A stretch of DNA of 59,772 bases, the filler included, from Platydemus manokwari (Eukaryota): NCBI GenBank assembly GCA_037951405.1. It is 5 parts of 5 records of this genome, joined end to end, with 100 filler letters (N's around TTAATTAATTAA, not from the genome) between each part and the next. Parts side by side here need not be neighbours in the genome. Positions count along the whole stretch, not along the records: positions 40,938 to 49,978 come from JBBMOY011309206.1; positions 50,079 to 59,772 come from JBBMOY011216544.1; 3 more parts are not named here. One strand, written 5' to 3'. The notes under the pieces are model-generated. The model was not told the origin of the DNA. It ran no database searches and worked only from the letters and a program-made list of their open reading frames with translations. Shown in pieces: positions 41,592-54,876 of this stretch; within the stretch, counting starts at the first letter, position 1, and each line of letters begins with the position of its first letter. The translations under genes and the position numbers were made by a program.

Positions 41592-44238
41592 TATTATTAA
41601 TTAATATTATAATCTTAACTATTATCAATACTTGATCATTGATAAGATTATATGTATAATATTATTTATTATTGTTGTTATTATGTTAAATAATGCAAAT
41701 ATAATTACTATCATCATTATATTTAAGATTATTATTATTACTTTATATTATTATTATATAATTAATATAACTACTGATATTAATTATATCAATTTTATTA
41801 TATTACTTTCATTTATTATTGATAATAATAATTTTAGTTATTTAATTATTATTATAAAAACAATAGAGATAAGAAATAATTTGAATAATAATATATGCAT
41901 ATAAATATGGAAAAAATACTCACTTCGATTGATTTTTTATTGATAGAATGACCGGAATGTTGATTAAGATCCATTCTGAGATTATTTAATTGTTGATATT
42001 TGGATGCTAATTCTGTATCAACTCGCACATGTAAATCGAGAAGATCATTAATTGTATGAACAGATATTGGTGAATCAATATATTCTTTCATCATTCGATA
42101 AGCAACTTCGTGCAACCATGTTCTTAACTGGAAATAAAATTTATAAAAAATAATCCATTCATATTAATATAATTACCGATCGCATTCGTTCTTCAATAAC
42201 GTGAATTTGTCCCTCGTTTTTCTCTTCAGTTTGAAATTTATCACACCGTCTGGTTAAATGATTAATAAATGATTCGAGATTTTCCAACGAATTATTAATC
42301 ATGGATTTTTCGATTTGAGCTTCATTGGTATAACCGTTATTACATATATCAATTCTTTCGATCACGGACTTTGCCAGATTTCGAATACCCGGCATTCTTA
42401 ATTGAATGGATCGAAGTTGAGACATAAAATATTCACCTCGTAATGAATCTCTTTCGGAAAAATTACCGACTTCATTTTCAAGATTTCTGGATTTTTCATA
42501 AAGCTGAAAGTTAGAGGATCTTAATTAAAAATTTTCTTTTGGTGAGTTAATTGAATTTTTGTTATTCTTGCAACTATTTCAATCTGTGAAATCAATTATA
42601 TTTATTTTTTCAAAATATCCAAAACTCCTTTATGGTAATAAATAATTTATCATTGTACTTGAAAATTTATTTCGTCCCATTTTCAGAAAATGCATATTTC
42701 TATATATTGATACACTCAAACAAATATATATTTTCAGTTAATAATCATTACTTTGAAAATAATAAGCGATACTAAAGATTTCTATCGAAATACATTCTTA
42801 ATTAATTTTATATAGTTATACAATATTTTATATTTATTTTTACTTGGTTATGTAATCGAATCAATTGATGTTATTATAAATATCATAAAATTTCAAAATT
42901 CTTACAATATCTGTTTCGCTATAAAATATAACTGCTTGGTTTAAACATCTCCGTTTATCTTCTAATCTCTGAGTAAATTTCGAACAATGATTTTGAGCAA
43001 TCTTTAATCGTTCCTTAATTTTAGAATTATTTTGCGTTGCGGATGTACGAGTTAATAGAATTAAGCCGTCCTGCACCATTCTTGTTTCGTCAATCAATGC
43101 CATCAAATCTGATAATGCCATTTCCGTTTCTTTAAGGTTACATCCGATTTTACTACTATTTAATCTAACTTCTCCCACCTTAATAAGAAATATTGTTGTT
43201 AACAATGTTAAAAATTGTATTTTCAATTCCTACATTTACAAACCAATCAAGAATCTTTTCCAAATTATTAACAGAATCCATAGATGTAGTTTCTACGTGT
43301 AGAAAATCTATTTTACTGTCCCACTTGTTTTCAATTTTGAGTCGTCTATTTACTAAAGCTCCAATTAGATCTTCTACTGATTTAACAACGACTCTGGTAA
43401 CTTCTCCAGAATTGTCCGTAGATGATATAGAGCTCAAATTTCTGAGATATTCCAGAAAGTTGTTGGCATCTTCATCGAATTGTCCATCATAATTATGAAG
43501 TTCTTCCTTTAAATTCATTAATTCCTGATAATAAAATTATTAAGTAAATTTCTTCAAAAATGAATATTTCAATAACTTGAATTAAATCAGATATTTGTCT
43601 CTGTTCATTGTAAAAATCTGTTTTTATACACCGATTTTCCATTTCATTGAGTAGATTTTCAACGTGATAATACGATTGACAAAATCTCACATTTAGTTCT
43701 AACAACTGCGTTCGAAAATTTAAAATCTTTTGTAAATCCCTCCAGGCTCGACCCATTGAGTCTGCCATAGCTGCATAGACATCTGATTGACTTGCGGTTG
43801 GCTGTTGATTAACTAAATCGTCAGCTCTTGAAAGGAGCTCGGAAATTTGAGTCTGTTTAGTCTGAATATAAAATCGCTCTTAATTTAGATTTTCTATCAT
43901 TTTTACATTCAGAAATTACCGCTATTTTTGAACAAAGTATATTATGAATCTGTAGTAAACTCTCAGCTTTTTCGGTAGTTAAACCTATGTCATAAAGATC
44001 TGGATCCATTGTTTGTATTTTGACTTTAATCCAGTTGCCACTCTATAGTAGTTTAGAAAATACGTGATTTAAAGACATTTCATTCACTAACTTTGAGAAT
44101 AGCCAATACTATACTGGAATCACCGGCCTGTACGGCGACAGTGCTAACAGTAGTCGTTGATGGGTGATCATCAGATAATTCTGAAGACGAAGATTCTTTT
44201 TCTCCTCGTATGATTTGGTTATTTCCAGTATTATACAT
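41022..44238 (-). CDS. CCDC141: CCDC141/zormin-like spectrin-repeat (titin-family) protein, N-terminal 702 codons; 3' part lost in the gap
   Basis: Exons (minus): 44238-44092, 44042-43920, 43861-43577, 43524-43234, 43178-42906, 42503-42177, 42127-41924, 41542-41279, 41213-41022. All lengths are multiples of 3 and open. STTTVSTVAVQAGDSSIVLAILKSGNWI..DIG..H..ELLSRAD..DVYAAMADSMGRAW..L..RTQLL matches the CCDC141 N-terminus as I recall it (STTTVSSVAVQAGDSKIVIAVIK..VYDAMAETLGEAW). Later exons have spectrin-like W and helical patterns. The last exon ends at a GTAAG donor. Confidence 0.85.
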
Positions 44239-47200
44239 ATCGTACTTTGTAGAAATTAAATTCGAAAATCAATATCAAAAAGTCACTTCGGAAATTCAAA
44301 TAAACAGTTCGTATTAAAAATTATTTGCAAAATTTAAATTGAGGTACCTCGCCCTTAACCTAACTAAGCTCTGAAAACGAAATGATGAATTATGGGATAG
44401 ATTTTTTTATTTATACAAGTAGCAAAATTTCGTGTTTGTCAAAATGAAATCGTGCACTAATCAGTGGATTCCGAAAATTTTTTGTGTGCACATGTAAAAC
44501 ATATAATCCAAATATGAAATGTGTGTATGCACCATCCAGCTCAAACGATATCTTAATTCTATGAACCCAGTTCCAATTACTTGGGGAAAAAATCAATATT
44601 TGTCAATGTGCATCGAATAATCATGCAACTAGTAGAAAATTACAAATATTTCATTAACCGTGTTTATGTATGGTTTTGTTTATATTAGTAAAATTATTAT
44701 GTATGTGATACATTATTGATTATTAGCAATGAAAAATTTCCATATACTGTGAAATTACTTTAGAGATATTTCGAAGTTACTAATTATAGTTTATTCTGAT
44801 TCAGTTTATTTTTACTTCTGTGGGTTAAAAATTAATATGGAACGTTTTTTCAATTGAATTTCTCATTATCCAACTTTTTTGATTAGATAATAACTATAAA
44901 ATCCGTATATTAAATTTTAAAATTAAAGAAACATAATTTTCTTTCATTAATTTAATTAAATTGGTTTTTCAAATCATTTCATTGACAAAAATCTTTAAAA
45001 TACTTTATTCATATTAATAATATTTTAGTAAACTTTCTTAAAAATAAGAAACTGAAAAACGAAAGCATATCCAAGTCATTGGATTTTGAATAGCAGATAA
45101 AGTCTGTAATATAAATAAACAAAATTTGTGTTGAATTGGATAGATTAGATGTTAACTAACTGCATATCGTTCATTCCATTAATATAACTTGTCAATAGTT
45201 AAAATCGAATCCAAATTACATTAAATATATTCTTTTAATTATAGTTACAGTGACAATAAACTATACTTATAACCAAAACCTTATTAATAGTTTTATAAAT
45301 ATTATGCATGATCAAATATTTTATTCTCAATTAATTGATATTTCTACCTGAGAATTTATCAATTAACGTTTCGAAATTGTTTGTGCTCACTTTGAAAACA
45401 TGTACTGACTATATTTTATAATTCCATAACTAAATTTGCAATTTTAATCAAGCAGAAACAGTTCGAATTTCATTTTTTATTTTATTATTTTAAAATTAAT
45501 CACTATCTGACATTTCACTAAAACATAAATTTTCAAACTTCTTATTTATTATAAATATATTTACTTTCTCCAATGAGAACTTATGGTGTTTATATTATTA
45601 TGATTATATTTAATTGGTACAATCCTATGTTAAAATAAATTATGAAAGCCACGTTTATCATGTTTATTTTGGTACTCATTCAAATTCTGATCTAACTAAG
45701 GATTAATAACTGTTTTGACTTGTTTTTATAACAAAGACAGTTAAATACTTACATTTATCATTTAGATTTCTTATCGCGAAACTACTTGACAATAGTGTTA
45801 CCAAGATAGCTCATTCGTACTTCAGTTGACTGGATGATTTTACTGCCCTTAAAATTTATCAATTGAAACACAAATTTTGTAATAAAGCACTTAATCAGAA
45901 AAATAAAAACTAGAAAACCTGTAAAAATAAAACCTATAAATGAAAAGAAGTATCATTCGTGTATAAGAATATGAATGAATTTAGAAAAGTAAACGACCAT
46001 TTTGAAATCTGGATAAAAATAAAATATAAGAAAAAAGCAATATTTTCTGGGTCAACTTAACAATCATACCAATCGTAATTTGCGAAAACATAATATTGAT
46101 ATATGTGCATTAGTGATTTCTAAGATAGTCCAGACAAATTTCATTCATTGAAGTTTATTCGTTGAAAGATAATATAATTGAATAGTTTCATTCTAAATAT
46201 AACCAAGGAATTTATATTAGCTCTAATCGGGGCACGACTGGGTGCTCAAACTACACAATGTACTCGACATTAATCCAATTTGCAAACTGGTAGTAGGTCA
46301 TCTTTACAACGTTTTATGTACTAGAAACTTTGTCTATTTTCACAGGTTACAATTTAATTTAAAACTTTATATTTCCAATTCCAATTGGATCTATCGATTT
46401 TCTATGAAGTAGGTTGGTCAATCGGTGTCATGTCCTTTTGCTGAATTGGAAACTTCCGTTTATATAATCTTTGATAGGCAAGCTACGATTATGTAGGCTT
46501 GAGCAGATGTAAAGTGTCCTACAAGGGTTCAGGTTGCCAAATTTATATTTTAGCTCAACAATATAATCATTGATTTATGATAAAATTTCATTTTCAATGT
46601 GAATGAATTCATTTTCATCATTTAAGCTTTAATTCCCAAAATTAGGTGTGTGTATTCTACTGGATCTTTGTCATTGTTAATTTATCATCAAATTGAGTTT
46701 TATGTTCTTGTGATTAAAGGATTATATTTTAAGCCTTTTTTCTATTATCTCAAAAAATCAATTAAATTTTTTGTAAAACCACAAATATATGAAAAATTCC
46801 TTGGAATTTCAATAATCTGCTTTACACACTCATTCACCTTTGACTTGCTTAAAAGTAGAAATGTATGCCAGTACCTCATAAGTTATTTCGAAAATTAAAT
46901 CGCTACATTTTTCGATACATTAATCTTGAATGTTTTTCGTATCTTTTCCATTCATACGACTGATATAATAATACATTATCGGTATTGATTAACTAGAACC
47001 ATTGTGTTATGTTTACAAGATCAACTAAATATATTTATACATTGTAATTTTCGGTTAGAATTAAGAAATTTGTTTGAGAAAATTATCTGGTAATCAGACA
47101 ATCAATTATTAATAAAAATAAATATTTATTATATTTTAGAATCAGGTTAATGTTGTATGTTTACTATTAGTATTACACAAGTAATATATATATAAAGGAA

Positions 47201-48709
47201 AATGTATGTGTGGCATTTGTTGTATAAATATCAAGGTGTATATATTGGTGTGTGGATTTGAAAATTGGTATTGGATTGAAAATTTGCTATGCAAAAAAAT
47301 TATATAAAAAATAAGTGTTTCATAAAAAAATAATTTTGTCCTCGATACATTCATCATAAATACTTACAAACATTGATTCTCAGTGTATCTGGCATACATC
47401 GCTCAAATCTCTTATAATAACAAATGAAAAAATCAATACAATTTTGTTTTTTCTTTGAAGTCTAGGAAAGATTTCCAAAATTTTCCCATAGAAAAATATT
47501 ATGAGATGTGAGTGGTGTTTCCGATATAAAAATTATTATTTATTTGGACGTAAATTTGGTTAATGAAAATATATATAAAATGAAAATATATTATTAATGA
47601 AAATATATTAATGAAAATATATATATATAAACTTTTAATCCCAAATGCTGTCAATACAAACATTGCATAGCTTGTCTGTAGGCTAGTAACATTAAACCGA
47701 TATATTAAAATATTAAATACAACACAAATAATAAGTAAAACTCAGAATCTCTTTCGCTTGATGAAAACTAAAATTCTATTTAGGAAATTCTCATATTGGA
47801 ATAAAAATTGAAATATTATTCTATCAATTCACAACGAGACTAGTTTTTGCAATGAAAAAAGTCGTCTGATAGCAAGACATACCATGATCAAGAAATCAGA
47901 AAAATCATTGAACTATTAGTCATACCAGTCTGGTTAATATTTATTTATGAATCTTAAAAATTTAGAATGCCATAGCACTGACAACGACAGACCGATTTTT
48001 AAATAATATTTTGTCTATGAAACACTTCTGTTAACTATATTTCATAAATACTTATCCATCATTTTCAATCATAATTGTCATATTAAAATGTTAAATATTG
48101 GTTTTCAAATCACTAAAAAATTAAGAAATGAACAACCAACATACGAATTTAACATTACAAATCCACAGAATATCGGCAACTACAAAATACACATCAATAT
48201 CATGATAGAATTACATAACTGCAATTAAAATAATTTGTATGAAATATTTTTTTAACCAAAATAAGCAAACACATTTTCAATAAATTAATTTATCTCAAAA
48301 CAATACAAAGCAAAATTAAACATATTCCAAACGAAATTTGGTACCTATTTAATGTTCTCCATAAATAACAATCACATACATTAATATCACATTAAATCAA
48401 ATCATTCAACTAATAAAACAAATAAAACATTTTTTAAAAAAGCTGGTAAACTTTGGCAAATTTCTAAAACAAGCATTTAAAACGAAATTTTTAAATCTGA
48501 TCAAATAAAGAAATAATATCTTTATTTAAAGTAACAATCTTAGTATAAAATTTGAAAAATCAAAATCTATTCGATATGGTTACACTCCAAAATAACGAAT
48601 ATATATGTGTATGAAAAATAATCAAATAAACAATAAAACATTCGAAAAGTCTAATAAAAGGCGAAAAAAAAATATAAAATCAGCACTACAATAAAAAGAA
48701 ATTAAAGAT

Positions 48710-49068
48710 TTAAGAATCTTTAAACACTCCTGGAGCTAAATCCATATTTAATCTATATCGCTCAATTACTATATCTGCGAGACGCATTTCATTTGAAGCT
48801 CTTAGAGCCTGTTCTAAATTGAGAACTTTATCTTTATCGTTGGCGTGCTTTTTCATTTCCAACCAAAAAAGGAGTAAACTTTCACTTATTTTTTCAAATG
48901 GTAATCCATTATCACTATTTTCACTCTTAATAATAACTATATTACAAGTTGGAATACCTAAATTCATGAAAAATCTGATGTTATTTGAACTGATTTCTTT
49001 AGCTAGGCATGACAAACTAGATTCAGTAAGAATGGCAATTCGTTTATCATTTCCGAGTGTGTTAGATT
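48710..49068 (-). CDS. Terminal exon encoding a C-terminal death domain (DTHD1/PIDD/ankyrin-like protein)
   Basis: Acceptor tttattAG at 49070-49069, open to TAA at 48710. LTESSLSCLAKEI..NLGIP..I..IK.EN..LLLFW..LEQALRA..RLADIV fits the six-helix death-domain pattern. A probable small upstream exon ends at the GTAATC donor near 49134. Confidence 0.7.
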
Positions 49069-49799
49069 CTAATAAAGAAAACAATAAAATTTATTATTTC
49101 TTAAAAAAATATTTTAAAAAGTATCATAGATTACCTTCAAACGACATTGAAATTAGTTCCTATGGCAACTTTGATTTAAACATTCATCTTTTGGATTAAA
49201 TAGAAATTTTGTAGATGTTTTTAATCTAAGATCCATCTTATTTTATTGGAATTTTAAATTAAGTTGTATCATTAAAATAATATTTCATAATTTTATAGTA
49301 CTTTAATTCAGTAATTTAAAGTGCGAAGACCATTAAGAATGTTGCATAAAGTTAAAAAAAGGTCCTAAATTAAAATTTTAAAATTGTGGAGTGTATTGTA
49401 AAAAATCTATATAGATTATTTAATTAAATTCTTGAATAACATTTTGCATTTTCTATTTAAATGCTTGAGTAAAATTTTAGTTATTTAGCACCAAATAATA
49501 TATGCCCAGGATTTTTTAAATATCCTAAAAATTTATTATATGAAAAATGGGTCTAAGTCGTTCAAAATTTAATTGATTAAAAATTAATGAGGACTCATTC
49601 TTTTAATTTTAGAAGCAATTACTGAGTAATGCCAAAAACAAATTACTTGTACTTTCTCTCAAAATTAGTATATTAATATCTATTTAATAAATTTGATAAA
49701 TAGATCTCGAAACCTGTCGATGTTGTAATGAAAAGAAGATTTGATCCATATCAAAAAATCGTACAGGTGAAGATCCCAAAGGTAGTGGGAAAATGAGGG

Positions 49800-49882
49800 T
49801 CCTAAGCCTAATCTTAACCCTAACTCTAACCTAACCCTAACCCTAACCATAATCCTAACACTAACCTTAACCCTAACACTAA
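49800..49882. repeat. Degenerate interstitial (CCCTAA)n telomere-like tract
   Basis: About 13 imperfect units (ccctaa, ctctaa, ccataa, cactaa, ccttaa). Confidence 0.85.
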
Positions 49883-49978
49883 TAATACAATTTTCCTTGC
49901 TTAATCTCGTTTACATTCCTAACACTTATAATACAATTTTTCTTACTTAATCTCGTTTACATTCCTAACACTAATAAT
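49875..49978. repeat. 46-bp minisatellite (2.3 copies, running into the gap)
   Basis: 49875-49920 and 49921-49966 are near-identical. A third copy begins at 49967. Confidence 0.9.
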
Positions 49979-50078
49979 NNNNNNNNNNNNNNNNNNNNNN
50001 NNNNNNNNNNNNNNNNNNNNNNTTAATTAATTAANNNNNNNNNNNNNNNNNNNNNNNNNNNNNNNNNNNNNNNNNNNN
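49979..50078. other. Assembly gap spacer (N44-TTAATTAATTAA-N44)
   Basis: Same artificial linker. Confidence 0.97.
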
Positions 50079-51442
50079 AATGACAATAATAATAATTTTC
50101 ATAATTATATGTGTTGTTGGAACTTTTGACTATTTCAAGAATAAACGTACTGACTCAATGATTTTATAGATCATTCTAAACATCATTTCAAGATATGATC
50201 TTGATTTGATCATTTAATGATGTATTGGAGAACCCATGATCATTTCGCTTGCATTTATAATTGATTATCATTTAGCCACTTGGACCTGATTGAATTGTGA
50301 TCGAATTTTAGTTTCAAATTAGTTCATAATTTATTATAATTATAAAATAATAATATTAATAATAAAATTCATAATTATTATTTTTATTATTTCTATCATA
50401 CACATTAAATAGCTAAAAATCATTTACAGCCTATTGTTGGAATGTCGTGAAGTCTACCAAAAATAAATCTCTGTCACTTATTCATTAGGTGTTTTCAGAG
50501 CAACCATTTCTACAAAACATGCTTATTTTTATTTGGGTGCATTCGCCTAAAAATATAATCGTTGAATATTTATTTTAAAAATACCGCATTAAAACCAGGT
50601 TGCAGTGTTAATTGTTTAATATTTAAGTGTAGATCGATTATTCTGCTAATAATTGTATTGGTTCAATAATTGTCTAATTGATTCGATAAGATTTTGTCAT
50701 TAAAATGTCGTTGCAATATATAAGAGAATAATATCCACAAAATAAAGACAATCTTGGAAACCAAGCAGTGATAAATAATATTATATTTGTGTGTTTCCTT
50801 TCTCATTATTGTTCTGGCATTGAAAATAATTCGTCAACATGTAGCGGTTGAAGTTTCCATGATAGTCTTTGAAAATGTTGATTTTATCAACTTTTATGAA
50901 TTCTTCTTAAACTAAACTTTGAACGAAACAGCTATGTTAAATAATTAGCATGGTGAACCCAAACTAAACATATAATGCTTATAAATTGAAGCGAATTTCG
51001 ATTCACACATATCCGCTATCTTTTGATTCGTATGATTTTCTCGTTACATTTGTTTGGTATCACATGAATCTATATTTATTATCGGAGCCTGGTATTCAGT
51101 TATATATCACCATAAGCTAGTCATTAAGTGAAGTATTTCGTCAATTCATTTTGCATCATTATAGTTGTTATCGAATTTATTGTTGGATTTCGTTCCAGTC
51201 CAGCCAATTCTTCAGCACCATATTTAAATCGATAATTTTATTCTTATAATATTATGATAATAGTTTCAAATCTTAGGTTTAACGTTAAATTTATCTGTGT
51301 TTTTCTGTAAACTAACTCGGTCATTTGGTCATTCTATTTTCACTAATTTAAGGAGTAAAAGGAAATTTAAACCATTTATATGACAAACAAAAAATCAATT
51401 TACTTTTAATACAAAAATGAGAACTCTAATAATGTTATACTT

Positions 51443-52096
51443 GTGATAATAATAAAGTGCACCCCATCACAAATATTGAAGCTCAATGCACCTATTTTTC
51501 TATTGATAATTTCCAATAGCTTTCTTTCATTCTTTCTGGATTTTTCCAGGATCAATCCCGTCAATGAATTTGTCTTTCGATCGAAAAATAGTCGGTTCTT
51601 TGTAATAAAGTCTTTCAATGAGGATAATATATATCAATCAATTCGGCACAGTGTTTGGTGCAGCACTCCCGGTGGCAATGAAACACTCGTGGCAGCATAT
51701 AACCAAGTCAAATCCCGGGAGGTTGCCAATGATGAAACGACTGAACCCCATGTATATTTGTTTTTCTCTGTTAATGGGTCGGGATTTTTTTGCGGAGTGG
51801 CAGAAATGACTTCAGCATTACACACCGATAATCCGTCCAATATTTGGAACCAAAAGAAATGGCAGAATCAATTCAGTGTCAATTGGTTATACATCAAAGA
51901 TGTTCCCAACAGTTGTCTGCGACAAATCAAAGTAGAAAGCAATGAGAATCGACCCGTAACGAATTGTCGCGATGCCACAGAAATATTACCAATGGAAAAA
52001 GGAGTCGAAGTTCTGAAAATCATCCACAACATTTATTATGATACGTGTTTGTTGAATGATTTCAATCACGAGATCGTTAAAATGGAAAAATCTTAA
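51443..52096 (+). CDS. YTHDF: YTH-domain (YTHDF-type) m6A reader; domain in one uninterrupted frame, true start unresolved
   Basis: RFFVIKSFNEDNI..SI..VWCST..GN..L..AY..VYLFFSVNGSG.FCGVAEMTS..W.Q.KW..F.V.W..IKDVPN..LRQIK.E.NENRPVTN.RD. All three cage tryptophans present. Stop TAA at 52094-52096. Strong candidate acceptor tttttccAG at 51548-51549. Confidence 0.9.
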   Translation: MIIIKCTPSQILKLNAPIFLLIISNSFLSFFLDFSRINPVNEFVFRSKNSRFFVIKSFNEDNIYQSIRHSVWCSTPGGNETLVAAYNQVKSREVANDETTEPHVYLFFSVNGSGFFCGVAEMTSALHTDNPSNIWNQKKWQNQFSVNWLYIKDVPNSCLRQIKVESNENRPVTNCRDATEILPMEKGVEVLKIIHNIYYDTCLLNDFNHEIVKMEKS

Positions 52097-54650
52097 AATA
52101 GCACAGTGAGTCAGATATTGATTGAATTGGTTACTATGGATATTGTAAATTTATTTAAAGATTTTTATCGGAAATATTTATAGCTGCAGTTGTCATGACG
52201 ATTCAAATGGAAAATACTTTAATTGCTATTATTATCATTATTATTGATGAAATTATTTTTAATAGTCAATCTTTTAGTGATCTCACTTGATAAAATATGG
52301 CTGGAATATTGATCGGATGATATAGGTTGATCGAGAAATCAAAACAAATAAACATAAAACAGATTTTATTTTTATGTTAAACTGATATTGGCTTTTTGAA
52401 ACAGTTAGACATCGCATAAATCAAAATTTATCGATTATTAAAAACAACGAAAGATATTTTCTTTCTTCATAAATAACACTTTGATAATTATCTGTAATGT
52501 TTTGATTAAAATATTTAGGCAAAATATTAAACATATTATTTCCTAATTAGTAGAGATTTAAGACTTGAACTAAATGTATACCTCAAAATATCGATTAATT
52601 GAAATGTTCATGTTTCGTCCGGATACGTTTTAATGTTATTTAGGAACCCATTTAATTATTCCAACTGGTGATTTCAACCATTATTACACTTGATCCTCAC
52701 AATTTACACTTCTCAATATCGTCAATAAATTTTGTAAAGTTGTAACACCCTCTTTATATATTGATTTGACTTTTTGTTTTAATTTTATTTTGACCATTTT
52801 GTTTATTATTATTTTTTTATTCTAAAATTAATTATTGACTTGTTCGCGTTCATCTACATATATTAACAATGAAATACTACTTATAAATTTATAATCACAT
52901 TACTTGTTCATTGACAATACAAGACTTTTTAAAATTAAAGATACCCGTTGAAATTATGTTCGTAATAATTTGAGAAATCCCATAAAAAGAATCTGGTGAA
53001 TTTTAATAATTTTGCATTTATATAATGATAATATCTTAATTTTAAACAATTCTTGGTTATAATAATTAATTGTTATTAACATTATTATTGTCAATATTAT
53101 AAATATTATTATTATTATTATTATCACTTTGGTAAAAATATGAGGATTATCTGATTGGACGGTTGGCATTCACTGCATATGAAACTGGATGATAGATCAG
53201 TTTCAAGAAGTGTTTTCCTTCATTCAAAACGAAATATAAAGTCAAATCCAATATCTCAATAATTAGAAATCCAGTGAATATGAATCTGGTTTTAACCAAT
53301 GTCCATATCTTGATAACCTGGTGTGAGAATATCGTTCACAATAAATCACAACAATAATAATAATTCTTATCGTTGTTTTCAATTATTGTTTTTTATATAT
53401 TAATAATTATAATTATTTTTATTGCGTCTTTGGATATAGTTATTATAAATAATATATTGAACAATTATTAAAAACTGCAGTTGTCATGGAAACGATATGA
53501 ATATAGCCCATTTGATTATTACCACGAATATTTTGTCATTACGAGCATTGTTGTGGCTATAATAGTCGTCTCTGAGTGGACATCGTCATTTTATTATTAG
53601 ATTTTTTTTGTTTTCATTTATTCATCAAATAACTATGTCGTGACCTTAATGATTGGTGTTTCGTTTTTAGGTGGTGACACATGTAGTTGTTTCATGGCCA
53701 ATGTGAAAGCTCCCATTTACAATCTGTGCTTCCGTCATGAAAAATGTATAGTTTGCAGAAATTGTAGATGATATGCGATAACGTTCTGTAAATTTCGATA
53801 TTTATCTACAAGAAATTATCGATTTTATTGATGATTTATTGAAATTTTATTATTATTAATATTTTCTTTCAGTTGATTGTGTTGGCACATTTGAAATAGA
53901 TTTCCATTTTAGGTCACTAAAAATACTTTTGATATTCGATTTAATCAGTCATGGTTGTCTGTTTCAAGTTTTTTTGCTGCATATCTTTTTATTATTGTCG
54001 ACGAGTTAAATATATTATTGTATTGTCGCATATTTTATTATAATGTTCTATTCTTTCTCAATTGTTGATGTTGATGATATATATATTCACACACACACAT
54101 ACAGATTATTTAATAGATTCTTTATATTTTTCAATTATATTTGCCAAAGTGAATTTAGAAATTTAGTAATATTGATTGTTATTATTGTTTTATTGATTTA
54201 TCGTGAGTTTTGATTTGATTCGATATTGATGAAATTGATTCTTGATTTACACTGACATAATCGGTGCTTGTTGGATTGTGTGATTGATTGATTTGTGTGA
54301 CGTATATTGATGACGTTGATATGATGATTTATTATTATTGTCAGCGCTATTCGATGCCCATGTAGATATGATATTGATATGTATAACATTGTGTACTTCT
54401 ATCATTTGTGATATACTTATTTTTTAAATTAGATATTCGCCTGTCTTTTATTTTGTTATTCATTTCCTTATAATCAGTGAGTTATTCAAATAAAGTGTTA
54501 ATTAAAATCAAAATGTTACTTATCGAAAATAACTTTATTCTAATATAAATTTATGTTTTTACAACCGGTGGTTTCAGTCAAGTGATAGGCAATAGTAAAT
54601 GTGATTTAAATGCTCTTCATTTTGGATTCACAAATAATTGAATGGCATAA

Positions 54651-54876
54651 CCCTTTCAATACGACCTTTGTGACCAGTGAAAATATTTTTGTATAACTGA
54701 ATTATATGTGCTGCAAATAATAAAGGAACATAATTTCAGATTTTTAGAAAATATGGTTTTTTGAAAAAATGCGTTGGGACACATATGTCCCTGTAGTAGT
54801 TTAATGGGAATATTTTTCGCATCAGTAATTTTTGAACATTCTCTGGGACTTATATATCCCCGCAGTATTGAAAGGG
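54651..54876. mobile_element. piggyBac-type MITE, 226 bp
   Basis: 12-bp TIRs CCCTTTCAATAC / GTATTGAAAGGG flanked by ATAA (left) and TTAA (right). Subterminal palindromes GGGACACATATGTCCC and GGGACTTATATATCCC. Confidence 0.85.

Noticed and set aside
41632-41904. 90-aa Ile/Asn-rich ORF (also 52954-53169)
   Set aside because: Translation of degenerate (ATT)n low-complexity sequence.
43193-43492. Plus-strand ORF (also 40020-40274, 48819-49199, and minus 51406-51840)
   Set aside because: Each is antisense to a recognisable coding exon.
49800-49882. True telomere or CRISPR-like array
   Set aside because: The tract is short, degenerate and followed by a minisatellite. The repeats have no unique spacers and the context is eukaryotic.
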